Shown here: piece after piece, positions 37,801-51,821 of the stretch | Position numbering within the stretch: position 1 is the stretch's first letter | Layout of the letters: each line of letters opens with the position of its first letter | Assembly (NCBI GenBank): GCA_001938485.1 | Contig: MQRK01238311.1 | Coordinates: forward strand, 1-59,140 | DNA from: Girardia tigrina | Lineage: Eukaryota | Reading direction: 5' to 3' | Length of the DNA: 59,140 nt | Program-made: the position numbers and the translations under genes | The notes under the pieces: model-generated | The model's input: the letters and a program-made list of their open reading frames with translations, nothing else | The model's database searches: none | Told to the model about the DNA's origin: nothing

Positions 37801-40800
37801 TAGATTGGATACCGCCGACAATATATTACGCAGACCCCGACCTGGCTAGAGCCCCTTGTTTACAATTTTTTAACATCTTACCTCTTTACTCAAGAAGACG
37901 AGTAAACTCGGCTCCAACGTTGTAAAAGGGGTGGGAGATAATCCCCGGGGGATTATTGAAATCGATCAAATTGGTCGGTTATTTGAGGACTTTTTCGGAC
38001 CTGTTTCGAAAGTTTGAATCACGACAGTGAAATTGACGATTGTGGAGAGTGTACGCAAAGTCTGTCGATTTCTAATTCAATCTTTTTTTGTATAAAGAAA
38101 TGACTCAATATTAATTCGTATGTGTATCGGTTTAATGAGACATAATAAAAACATTCAAGTGTCTTGTAGAAAAAATATCTGTTATATTTTATCGATTTAT
38201 GTATTTACTATGATTTGGTGTGATTGTTTGATGTATTTTAAATATTAGGAAGAAAAAAATTAATTTTAATTGTAAAAATTAAAATTAAAAAAAAATAATT
38301 CGATTTTGATTCGATTTGTTTCATCGAATTAAATTAAGAAATTGTGAAAATTATAAAAGGTTGTGCAATTTTGAAATGCAAATAAAATACGTGATTGGGG
38401 TTTGTTGCCGTTGTTTGTTAGTCGATAGATTTATCGAGTATGGAAAATTCAAAATTGTAAAAAGGCGAAAATGAAAAATAAATATTCGAGTTTTGTTATT
38501 CTTCTTTTGAATTTAAAACGGCTATAAAAGTGAACAAGTTTTAAAACCATCATAACTTTTTAATTAGACCATCAAATTGACGGAAATCTGAACAAAGACT
38601 AGATCATAATAACACAATAACTATTTTATTATATCAAACTATTAAGGCCATAAGAGTTAGCAAGCATTATTCTTTGTCTAAAATTTGCAAATAATGTCCT
38701 AAAATATAAATTGTTAAACTGCTTTGCTTTAGTTTTGATTCTGCGAGTCAACTGGTCTTCAGAATCGGCAGTCCAACCCTTTTCATACACCTTCTCCTTT
38801 AAATAAGCCCAAAATTTTTCAATTGGGCGTATTTGGGGAGCACAAAGTGGATTCGAATCCTTTTTGAAAAATGGAAGTTTGTTGTCCTCTAAGCACTTCA
38901 GACTTGCTTTGGCGTAGTGACAAGGAGCAAGATCTGGCCAGAAGATGAAGTGACCAGCTGGGTATTTCTCATTCAGATAAGGAAGCAAACGCTTCGNNNN
39001 NNNNNNNNNNNNNNNNNNNNNNNNNNNNNNNNNNNNNNNNNNNNNNNNNNNNNNNNNNNNNNNNNNNNNNNNNNNNNNNNNNNNNNNNNNNNNNNNNNNN
39101 NNNNNNNNNNNNNNNNNNNNNNNNNNNNNNNNNNNNNNNNNNNNNNNNNNNNNNNNNNNNNNNNNNNNNNNNNNNNNGTCCACATAATAACCCGATGTCA
39201 TTGCTTCGGTGAGTGTAAAATACGACTCATCATCAAGTACAAAGTCGGTTTTGGTCTTTTCCACAACAATTTTAGCGAGATTTTGCAACCTGGCTTACTG
39301 GCGAATAAACTGTGTCGGAGTAACCTTTGGGGCTTCTTTCCTGTTTCGAAACACTATGTTATTAGTCTTGAGTATCTTATGCACGTAAGACTTTGAAACA
39401 GTCATTTCTCTACCTAACTTTCTCACACTTTGTCCAACAGTCAAAGTTGTACGCTGCAGAAGTCTCGTCCTTTTGTCTGACGTCATTTTAACAGGTTTCC
39501 TTCCACTTCCTACTTTTCTTTCAATGCTGCCGGTCTTCTCATAGCGTTGTATTATTGCATATATACCTCTTCTGGAAAAATGAATGNNNNNNNNNNNNNN
39601 NNNNNNNNNNNNNNNNNNNNNNNNNNNNNNNNNNNNNNNNNNNNNNNNNNNNNNNNNNNNNNNNNNNNNNNNNNNNNNNNNNNNNNNNNNNNNNNNNNNN
39701 NNNNNNNNNNNNNNNNNNNTATTTCTAACCTATTAAAACAAATATTTAAATTCCAAATTTACGAAATTAAATAATATTACATTAAAAAGTTATGATGGTT
39801 TTAAAACTTGTGCACTTTTTTAGTGGATACACCTTATAAGTTTGCGAAAACAATTAGAAGACGTCCAATGGAATTTAAATAAATCATTTGGTATATCGGA
39901 GTGTAATAGAGAAACGTCGCATCAACAAGCTGTATATGTGAAAGAACAAATTGTGAAAAATGTCATTATGTGAATTGACGCTTTTGATCAAGAAAAAAAT
40001 TGGCTGATCGATCATTGAATTGTGTGAGATTTGTGACGGCAAACGAGCCGAATGAATTGAGAAATATCGGGACGACCGACTAAATTTTCTGTCAATAATG
40101 TATGGTATTAAATAAACATTCATTTGATAAAATGAGCAATAGAACATTTTTTAATATTTTATGTTATCGGTATTAAAAGAATTTTTATATATGTAGAACC
40201 TGGCTCATTATAAATATGCGAAAATGAATCAACTGTCGTTAGAAGTTTTGAATCTTCTTTACTCCGGAAGACAAGATACGTTTCAAGCTGCTACCGAATC
40301 TCTGGTTTTAATGACAACAGATTCATGTTGCGTACACAGAGAAGTAGCTAAACAAGTTCCGCTTTTGAGAATGATGGCAAAATCTAAGTGGTCTGACGAA
40401 CAAGTTAGTCGAATGGAAAATATATTTTCTGAACTGATTGAGTAAGTCTTGAAAAGCTACGATATTGTTTTAAAGTCTAATTTCTTAGATTCTGCCACTT
40501 GCCGAAAGCTCCCGAAGAACCTCATCCAATGAATCAACGAATTCTTGATAGTGACAGTAAAAATATTTATTTATTTTATAACAATAGTAAAAGCTTTTGT
40601 TCTATCATTTGAAAAATAATTTAGACAATATATTGGGATACCAGTTGACGTTATTTTTTTCATAATTTAGTAAAATAGAGCTAAGGGGATTGACATCTGC
40701 AATTAAATCGAAATTATTAACAAAAGAAACATTATAATAAGTTTTAGACAAATATATCTGAAAGAGTATAAATAAAGCTTTCGAATGACTCATAACATCA

Positions 40801-43800
40801 TGCATGCTTTAGTCGTACAACATTGTGGTAAATACAAAAAAATTTAAAATTTTGCAACAACCTAATATTAATTTGTTTTTAAAAAACATTTTTTATTTAA
40901 TACTTAAAAATTTTATTTGTCAATAATTTAAACTCTAGCATTTTAAAAAGTATATTTTTTATCTAAATTTGATAATTTATTTTAGTACAATTTCATACTT
41001 ACATTTTCATCATTGAACTATTAAAATCTCAATTTATCAGCGAAATGAAAATAACCTTACTCATTATAATGTTTCTAAATCAGTAAATAAGTGAACATTA
41101 GGAATAAAAATCTTTAACAACACCCCATTTTGGTGGGAATTTTCTATGCCGGGTCCCTCAACTACTTTATTGAGTGTGTTTGGAGGACATAATTATTCTT
41201 TGATTACACAAGTACTGCTTACATTTATATGTAGATTTAAAATATAATTAAAAATAAAATAATTATTATTTTTTAGATGTAATTGGCGTTATAATGGAAA
41301 TCTTATCTGTCGAAACCGATAGTCAATTATCTGTTAGTAATTATATTAATCATTATTTTAAAAGAAACGGAAATACTTTCTCCAATTTTAGGAAAAATAT
41401 TCTCAAACGGAAAAAGTATTGAGAAAAGCTTTGCAGCTCTTAAAAGCAATGACTTTACAATATGCTGATGTTCAAAACCAGGTTTTTGAAAATTTAGATA
41501 TGCTTTTGCGTGTCAAATTGGTCGAATCCGAATTAGCAATAACCTTAAAAGAAGTTTTTGTAAATAACCAAAATTTATGCCTAAAAATCTTACCTCGTCA
41601 AATTCATAAAATTGTTAGTTTAGCTGCCGAACATCAACAAAAAGCTCCGGAATTTCTAGATTTACTTTGTGCTATTGTAAAGGTCGAAGGAATGGGGTTG
41701 GCATTAAAGCGGAATCAAACATTGGTAATGAAATATATCATGCAGAGCTATAGTAGTGTGGCATATGTTCTCGAGCAACCTATTGAAACTCGGTTAGTAG
41801 AAAGGATATGTCATAAAATAATAATTAAATAACAGAGAGGCAATACTGAAGGAAGAACTTGGTGATGATCATGCTCAATACTTGATAAGTCTTATAGAAT
41901 TGCTGGCAACTTGCGCAGAAGTAAATTCTATAGAAGAATATTGAAATTTTTAATATAATTCTAGGGAGAAAATAGATATATTGAATCTCTTTGCCAAACA
42001 ATACTTTCAGTGGAAGATATTCTTAATGTTTTAAATCATCCAGAAATAGCAAATCATCTGAAACGACCATTCCTCAAATATCTAATGTTTGCTTATTTAA
42101 AAAAACCAATTAACAGTTCCGAAAGTAATACAGCAGAAATCCTCAAAGAAAAGTAAGTTGAAACTGAAAGAATTAAATAAACATAGCTGTTTTGACATTT
42201 TTTTAGAAATTTATTTATGATATCCAGGTAGTACAAGTTTCATTTTCAAAACGCTTTGACATGTTCTTCAAATATACGATTCATCATACATCACTCACAG
42301 AGAGCAGTACTACCCGATCATTAGAATAAAAGATTATATATTATTCATTTTATTATTAAATACATGTATAGATGTAGGACAAAATTAATGACAAATATTT
42401 CATATTGACGCTCTGCTACTCTTCCCACTTTGAATTAAATCTATTAGTTACATCAATATTATTAGTCATAAATTATGACTCATAATAGCACAATTAAACA
42501 ACTTTTTATTACAAACAAATTTAAACAAATTTTCTTCTTCCTTTTAATTATCAATTCACCGATATTTATTTCTTAAATGATATTTTAATTTTTAAATTCT
42601 GACTAAAGTTTTAAAAACTTAAATTAAAAATAATATATTTAATTCGATTTTTAATTTAATCGTTTTGAGGAATGTTTTGAATTGTGTGTTGATATTGTAC
42701 ATGTTGTATGTTGATTCGGATTGTGTTTATCCTACTCAGATGGATGATTTGTTTTTTCTTTGATTCCTACTAATAAAAAATAATTTAATTTTAAAGTAAA
42801 AAGATTAAAAATAATTTTCGAATGTATTATTTAATTTTTAATGTAATTTATAATTTAATATATTAATTTAATTGATATTTTTTATAAAATTTTTAGATTT
42901 AATTTCAACCAATTAGAATCTTCATAATTAATAATAATTATTAAAACTTTTTCATTTTGTTAATTACTCCGCACGTTTCGGTCTGTTTATCAAGAAAACA
43001 AGACTCTTCTTTTGAAAACATTTATTCAAGAACAAGAATATACAATCACGCTTAATTTAAATATTCGCCGAAATTCTGAATATTAAAACAAATATATTTA
43101 TTTGTCATATATTCATTTTATCATTTAATAATTCAAATTAAGATCATCGTGTTAATAATTACATTGAACGGGAGAGAACAACATACTCAACAAATTTCAA
43201 TCAACACATTAATTATCAAACAAACCCCTCACACATTTATATTTGTGATTATTATTTGTTTAAGTATTCTAAAAAGATTGTAAATAATTAATAAATTCTA
43301 CTTGCTGTTATAATGAATACTGAAGTAAAACCTGGAGATTTAACTGGCGACAACGCTGGTGTTCCAATAAAAGTTTTGAGGCTTCCTAAACTAGAACTTC
43401 CATCAATCTTTAAGGAAACCATCGAGAAGTAAATGGAGGAGTACAATGGAGTGGATTCTGAAGAAGGTCAAATATGGTATAGATACATATGCCAATGCTC
43501 AGATTTTTTGGGTTAACATTCTCGGAAATGTGTAACTATTTGTTGATAGACGAAGCGAAAATTCTTTGGGGGAATGCACAGAAGAAGGTAAGAAACCAAT
43601 GTCAGATGTGGAATCCAAAAATTGGTTCCAGAAAACATTTATAAAGAAAGTACCGCTGTTGGAAGAATTGGACAAACTAAGCCAAATTTGTCAAGGTGAG
43701 AATGAAAGATTTTTAACATTCGAATTAAGGGTTCGGAAAACAATTGAACATTTTAGGAAACACAGCGATGAAGAAATTTTGAATGAACTTTTGAAAAAGC

Positions 43801-46800
43801 GGATAAAATCTCAAGTTCTGAAGGATCGATTTGTTTTCAAACCTAACATATCGGTGGACGAAATGAGAGCGGAAGCTAAGATTTATGAGGACAACATATC
43901 AAAAGAAGAAAGAAATGATGTTTTAGCCGTCAAAACATAGTATGCAGAAATGGCAAAGAAAGACAAACATCAAGTTAGAAGATATGAGAATCCTGAACAT
44001 AAAAGAAATACAGCTCGATTGAATGAATCAAAGGCTAGACAACCAATATTAATAACTGAACGTAGAATACCATCGGTAAGATTTAATAAAAGTAATGAGA
44101 AAGGATCCAGTAGAATGTCAGAAGATAAGCAACAATATAATCACCCGGTGCATTCGGTTTGGTACGAAGCAAGGAAGTTATATTGCAAAATAAAGAGACT
44201 TCCAACTTCAGAAGAGGAGCATTTAACCAGAGGGGAATGTTATTGCTGTGGAAAACATGGGCATTTGAGGAAAGATTGTCCTTTAAATAATCGTTGTTTC
44301 ATCTGTGGAAAAAAGTGGACACGGCTTCAGAAACTGTAATCATATTAAGAATGTTAATGTAGTATGCATCCAAGATGTGTTCAATGAAGAAAACTTGGAT
44401 ATCGTATCATATAAAGATGGATATGAAAATGATTTAAATGCCAGAGACTCCATGTAGAGCATTTCGTCTGTGGAGTCGGCATAAAATATCCAAAAAATCG
44501 AATTGCAGAGATAATAGAGGGGTCAGATGGTCGATGGTGGAGCGATGTTAAGCTGAACAATCACAATGTATTAATGTTGTGGGATAGTGGAGCGGGTGTT
44601 TCAGTTATTAGTGAGAAGGTTTGGTTGGAAATCGGACAACCCAGATTAGAAAAGAGCCCAGTTATACTAAATGGAGCGTTTTCAGAAGGTCATAAGTGTT
44701 TGGGAAAAATGACAGTGAAGTTGAAATGGAAAGAAGAGTACCATGCGGTAGATTTTTTAGTGGTGAAAGCAATCCGACCGGCAGTCATTGGAGGTGTTAA
44801 TGTCATGCATAAATTCGGAATCAAACTTGAAAAAAACTATCAAGAAGTCAGTTGTGACAGTGGAGACATATATGAAACTGCAAGAGCAAAACAAAAGACT
44901 GGAAGACCTTGTGAAACGATATGATGATGTTTTCATGAAACATGAATATGATCTGGGATTTACGGATATTGTTGTCCATAAAATTGAAACAGAAGGTAAA
45001 CCGATTTTTTTGTGAATCCAAGAAGGCAATCGATTCATTTAGAAAGTCAAATCGAAGGATTTCTGAAAGGATTAGAAAAGGCAGGAATAATTCGGAAATG
45101 TAAAAGTGAATGGAACTCCCCGTTAGTCATTACGCCAAAGAAAGATGGAGGTATTCGAATTTTTTTAGATTTCAGAAAATTGAATGATGTATCAAAAAAA
45201 AGTTTCCTTTCCAATGCCAGACAGCCAAATGTTAATGGATGCTCTGGGTGGCTCCAGAATTTTTTCCAGTATAGATTTAGGCAAAGTATACCATCAAGTA
45301 ACATTGGATGAAAGTTCTCAAGAAAAGACTACGTTTTGCACAAGAACACAGCAGTATTGTTTTAACCGTGTACCGTTTGGACTTTCAACAATACCCGGAA
45401 CATTTCAGAGAATAATGAATTCATTATTTGAAGATTTACTATTCTCTGGAGTAGTAATATACCTAGAGGATGTCTTAATTTACTCAAAATCAATGGAGGA
45501 TCATATGAGACTATTAGTAGAAGTACTGAATAGACTGAAAAAAGTAGGTTTAAAAGTCAACCCAGGGAAATGCAAATTCGGAGTGGGGAGCTGGTATTTC
45601 TGGGACATACAATTAACAAAGAAGGTATCTCAACAAATAAATTGAAAGTGGCAGAAATTCAAAATTTTCCGATTCCGAAGTGTACTCGAAATTTACGAGC
45701 ATTTTTATGTCTGTGTAACTGCTATCGACGATTTATCAAGAATTACGCAGAATTAGCAGCACCGTTGCACAGTTCATGCAGCGGAAAATGTAAATAAATA
45801 TTTTGGTCAGACGAGTGCGACAGAAGTTTTAACGAATTGAAGCAAAAGTTATGTGGTGCACCAATATTAGCATTTGTGAACCCGAATAATAATTTTATCT
45901 TAGATACAGATGCATCATTCGGATCGATAGGAGCAGTTCTTAGTCAGATATCAGAAGAGAAAGAAGTAGTAATCGCGTATGCATCGAGGACTTTAACCAC
46001 ATATGAAAAAGGGTACTGTGTGACAAGAAAGGAACTATTAGCTTTACAAGAGTTCATGTTACATTTCAAGCAATATTTATATGGCAAGCGATTTACAGCA
46101 AGAACTGATCATAAAGCACTGGTGTATATGAAGAGTACTTCCAAACCAATAACTCCTCAATTCCAGACATAGTTAGCAAACATGGCTGATTTTGACTTTG
46201 ATTTGAAGTATAGAAAAGGTGACGAACATGGAAATGCAGATGGATTATCATGGCTATATGACGACGTTTGTGCACAGTCTGAAACAAAACACGAAGGACC
46301 AAATCAACAAAAGCAAGGGTGAAATACATCAATACAGTGGTGATTCAGTCTACAATTCAATGGATAAAAGACGAACAAGAAAAGTGCTCAGAGTTGAACC
46401 AGTTGAAACAAATACAGGAGATGTCAGAGGGTGAAAAGAATGAAATCACCAAAGAGTTATTACAACTAAAGGACCAATTAATTTATCAGAATGGGTTATG
46501 GGGTAGGCAAGAAGGAAATTTTGTGTTACCATTGGTTCCGAAGCAAATTAGAAGAGATTTCGTCATGAAAATACACAGAGATTTATGTCATGTATGTATC
46601 AAAAAGACAAAGAAGTACATCCAAAATCATTTTATACTACCAGATTTAGCGAAAGAGGTGCAAATCGTTATAGGAGAATGTCAGGAATGTATACGCAGAA
46701 AAATTCCAAGTGAAAAAACAAAAGAGAAGTTGATTCCATTAAGAAGTAACGAGATTTTAGAGCAAGTTGTGATGGATATTGCATATGTGGGTGACAAGAA

Positions 46801-49800
46801 TAGCATGTACCCATATCTATTGGTCATGGTGGACCAGTTTTCGAAATTGGTCTCTTTGACAGAGATTAGAACTCAAAACGAAGACACCATAGTTCAATGT
46901 GTGTTGATAAAATGGATATATAGATATGGGAAGCCAGATAACAATATTAACAGACAATGGAAAATGTTTTACTGGCGGAAAATTTAAAGATTTTTACAGG
47001 AAATATGGAATCGAACAAAGATTTAGTAGCCCATTTCAATATCAATCAAACGGGTTGGTAGAAAGAACTATTCGAACAGGGAGAGACATGATAGTAACAA
47101 GCAGAGGAGACACAGAAAAACGATCATGGTGGCAAATTGTTCCGAAAATAGAATTCTGTCTAAATGCAACAGTTCAGAGTACGACCGGATATTCGCCTTT
47201 CGAAGTTGTGTTTGGTAGAAAAATAAACTTACATGCGGCAGCAGGAATAGCTAAAACGGAATAGAGCAACGTGGACAAAATGAAGGTAAGAGAAAATTTA
47301 GAGAAAGCGGCAAGACGAATGGAAAATTGGGAGAGAGAGAAGAGAACAAATCGACATTTCGAGGATGGTCAGAAAGTCTGTGTAAAACAAGATCCTACAA
47401 AACTGAGAAAGGACACCTTCCCATTCGATGGACCGTACCAAATTTTAAGACATATATCGCCACACCAATTGGAACTACAGAATTTGAAAGATGGAAAAAT
47501 AATTTGTCGAAGAATTGAGTGGATTAAGAAAGTGAATAACGAATTATAAAAGAGGGGAAAGTTGTGATTATTATTTATTTAAGTATTCTAAGATTGTAAA
47601 TATTAAATAAATTCTACTTATTGTTATAATGAATACTGAAGTGAAACCTGGAGATTTAACTTTTATTGAAAACTTAGTATGAATTTAAAATTATATTAAT
47701 CAAGAAATGTGTCAAATAGCGAAAGCCTTTCGAATAATTGTTGTCATAAAAATTCTGATTGTGATGTTAATAAATGTTTGAAAAATCATATTGATGTTGT
47801 TGATAATCGTATTTATTCTAAAATTATATTTACTTTTAAAGTTTAAAAACATTTTGTTCTAAAACATAATAAACCTTTTGATTCCAAATGAAATAAAATA
47901 TTAAAAATTATTTAAAGCTTAACATTATTATTCACCAATAAGGACCAAGACTTCTACGAGAGAGGCATTATGAAGCTACCTTCAAAATGGCAACTGATTA
48001 TACAAAACGGTGCATATTTGACTCCAAGAGGACAATCCAAAACATGTTAAATAAAGTTTTGAATTTCACGCCAAAATAATGGATTTCTTTTTCCCCAACC
48101 TAATATTTACAAAAATTATTTACTTTTAAAATTATATTTTATTTCAATTAAATTATGAAACTTGATTTCAAAATATAATTTAAATATTGTTATAAATTTT
48201 AAGAAAATATCTTTTAAAATCAAAAATTTACGTTTTTTAAATAACTTAAATTTTTTCAGCAACAATAATATTAAGTAACTTCTCATAAAATCAATGACAC
48301 TTGTTATAATGTCTGATTAATAATGATTCGCGATACGATTTCTCATGATGTAAATCAAAGTTGGTAAGGTGAATGGAAAATTCATCCCTTAAATAGTTAT
48401 GATCCAAAACCTTACTCAATCTACTCGACTGTATATGTTCGTTAATCCATGATTCCATATCATGATTTGTCTCTCCAATGAAGCTTCTACTACTATGCAA
48501 ATTATATGGTATAAAATTATGGGCTCTGTATCTGTTTTAAACGTTTAAATTAGATAAAAAATAGGCTATAGTCATTCCACACGGCCAACTGATGCAGATC
48601 TGTAACTTTAGGAGCTCTGGTTCGTTTTTTGACATACCACAAATGAAAGACAAGTTGTGATCTCATCATCGCTACCGATACTTTTCCTAAAACGAGGGAA
48701 AAGGTTCCTTTCGCTTTAATTTCGGTCAGCCAGAAAGCTTTCACTTCCTCCGACATTTCTTTTGATCTTTCATCAGACACAGTCACAACTAAGAACTTCT
48801 CATATGCGATGTTTAATCAAACTATCTTGTCATTTTGCATATCATTCCGCATTTCCAAACTATAATCTTTAATCAAATGCCTCGTTTGTTTTCAATTAGT
48901 TTTATAATTCCGACAGCAGTCATAGATTGACATATGTATAAACCGCTTTCTCTTTTGGGTGGTGTGGTGTTCAATATCATTCATCTCATATATCCATTTA
49001 ATTCTTTCTGGTCTGCATCTTCTTAATAACATCCTGAGGCAGTACAAGAGATCATAAGTACATGTGATAGTAGCATTTTAGGATATCATTTTTTTATTTT
49101 TTTCTCGTATTAAACTTTAAGCACGTGTTATAATTCCTTCTGTTTCGAAAAGGCTTTCCTTGAACTCTTTAACTTCTCTTTCAAATCCAGGTACTTTTAG
49201 TATATCTTGATTTATTCTTTTGTTTATCAACTGCTTTTATGGCCACTGATTTTTCTTTTGTCAGTGTTGGGTTCTTGATCACTATTAGAATTCATTAACA
49301 CCAAAAATTTATTAATAACACAAATAAAAATTATTTAAACAATTTTTCTTGAGGAACTTTTTGTTTTCTTTCGACCAAATTTCTTATACATAAAAATATG
49401 GAATTATAAATACTGATAAGCTATTTATTAAAATGCGATTTTAGAAATTAAAATTTTTTCATTAATTTTATAGATTAGTATTATATTATTTGATAAAATT
49501 TAATTTAAAATCAGTATAAAATCGAAATTTATTTTAACCAAACAAAAGAGTTTAACGTATTATTTATTATCAATATTTAAATTTAAAATACAATTTTTAT
49601 TATTTGAAATACAGGTTACGATTTATAATACACTTGATGAATGTAAAATACCAAAATATTTTATTTAAGCAATATTTAAATTTATTATTATTTAATAGTG
49701 ATTCATTAATTATAAAATTTTTAATAGCAGTTTTTATATATTATATATTTTATTAATTATTTATCGAATTTTAATTTGCAGAATTTCTAACTGGTTTTTA

Positions 49801-51790
49801 AATCTAAATTATCCTTTTGTTATTACATCTTTGACAACAAAAATTTCATAAAGTGCGAAATAATTTTTTAAAATAAATGCAAAATAATTAAAATTCAATT
49901 ATTTTTAAAAATAACTCTTTTTTTTAAATTAATTAAGACATTTAGTTATAACTGTTTTATAACTTTTGATTTTAAATATTTTTCTTAATTTAGAGATTAT
50001 TTACAAAAATTAATTGTTCAAAAATTTAACGAATGAGCCCGTCCTTTACAGTCAGATTTGAGTTGCTCTATTAGTGTAAGTTTCATATACTCAACTCCTT
50101 TCCATTTCTGATATTTATAAAACTGAACAGGCTTCCTCGCTAACATGGTACTGGGTTAACTCAGTTTAGTTAACATATTCATGTAGATATTTTATCCAAT
50201 CATGTTTTTCCGTACAATTAATTCTAGTAAAATTAATAAAAAAAATGAAGTTGTGCCCTATTCCTAACATTCGCTCCATGATAAATTACCGACAGTACAT
50301 TAAACTTTATCAGTTTATTCTTTAAAACGATTGGAACTTTAGAACCTTGGATTGCTGGTTACAAATCTTTCAGTTTACGAATGCCACATCACATACCTTG
50401 ATTGCTATCTCGAAAGCAACTTCAATTTATAGATAATATTCTCCCTGTATATTAGAATTTATTGATCCATTCAACATTATCTTCGCGATATTTTACCTGA
50501 GTTATTCCAGTTTTTGAATCGTTTAAAATGTACATTACTTTTATTTTATTTGCATTAATTTTCAATCTGAACTCAGAAAAGGTACATCTAAGTACTAACA
50601 TATTACTCAACGCAATCGAGATATCTGTATCTATGATGAACCTCTCTAAGAACACTGACCAAAGCTTTCTATAGATGGATAAAGATTACGTAAACTTCCT
50701 AATCTATGTATCTTCCTTCTTCCTGTATCTTACAGACAATACTAACTACCGTCATCATACCTCTTCTAGGACTGAAACCGAGTTATCATTGATCTAATCT
50801 GTTTTCCATTACAGATATTAGCCTATTTACGATAATTCTTGCAAAGACTGTCAATAACTTCTAACAGAAAATTCCCACTGTAATTGTTTGAATCTGATCG
50901 ACTGCCCTTCCCTTTGAATATGGTCGTCACTCGCGCTGACTACCATTTAGCAAATAATTGATGAGCAATAATAATTGTAAGCAAATAAGAGATGAGTTTT
51001 CTATTCTTCAAAATAACTTTGATTCACATTAGGAGATGTAGTCTTGTGAATCCCTGTTATCAGTCTTTGATTAATATCCATAATGGGAAGAGTAGCAAGC
51101 ATCAATCTTCATTATTTTTAATTAATTTTGTCCCAAAATTCCAATCGATATATGTATATGTATATGTCCTTATTATCATTAGATTTATTATTATTAGATT
51201 TTTCTTTTAAACATAAAAAGAATATCATATGAATATAATCGCGTCGCATCTTACATTTGCTTAATTGTTCTTCTTGCTTCTTAAGAAATTTATGGACAGA
51301 AGGACATTCAATTATATCCATTTTAACGGTATCCATCACATTGGGGTTGCTTACCATAATGATGTATTAGACATTAACGACACGAACAAGTTGAGACTAT
51401 GTACAAGATGAGACAGGCCCCTCTAACCCTTCGATGAACTTGTCCTTTTAGTAGATATGGTTAGCAGATACAATCCGGCAAGAAAATCTATTTTTATATT
51501 AATAATCCAAAAAAGATTGAAGAGAAAATCTTTACACTTCAAATTTTGAGATCAAATAATCTCCTAATTTTCAGGAATCTAAAAAAATCTCTTAGAAAAA
51601 ATACATGAAGTATAAAAATACAACCGCCTGTTTATCTTTTGAGTTTTCCATGAGATCAGAAGAATAATTAATTTAATTACTTTTATGAGAGTGAAATATA
51701 TAAACTTTCAGAAGGAAAACGTTTTTCCAAGATCCAAATAGTGAGCCAAAGATTCTTTGAATCTTAATTTAAGGAAAACGTCTTAACGGT

Positions 51791-51821
<31 letters not shown>

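Larger units (their letters stand above)
43241..47661 (+). mobile_element. Full-length Ty3/gypsy LTR retrotransposon, inactivated
   Basis: LTRs 43241-43345 and 47560-47661; TSD TTTAT; PBS TGGCGAC at 43345; PPT AAAAGAGGGGAA; domain order gag-PR-RT-RH-IN. Confidence 0.95.
42664..47924 (+). mobile_element. Old LTR of the TGTGAGG family split by two younger LTR insertions
   Basis: 42664-42957 and 47667-about 47830 align consecutively with 35-430; removing both inserts restores CATTTATTGAAAA as at 281-293; right end approximate. Confidence 0.65.

Noticed and set aside
37718-38160. GC-richer segment beginning TGTAG, possible LTR (similar segments at about 1730-2100 and 17350-17900)
   Set aside because: No termini, TSD or coding motifs could be established.
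48745-48785. Second hammerhead-like CTGATGA…GAAA on the minus strand
   Set aside because: No stem II or stem I pairing.
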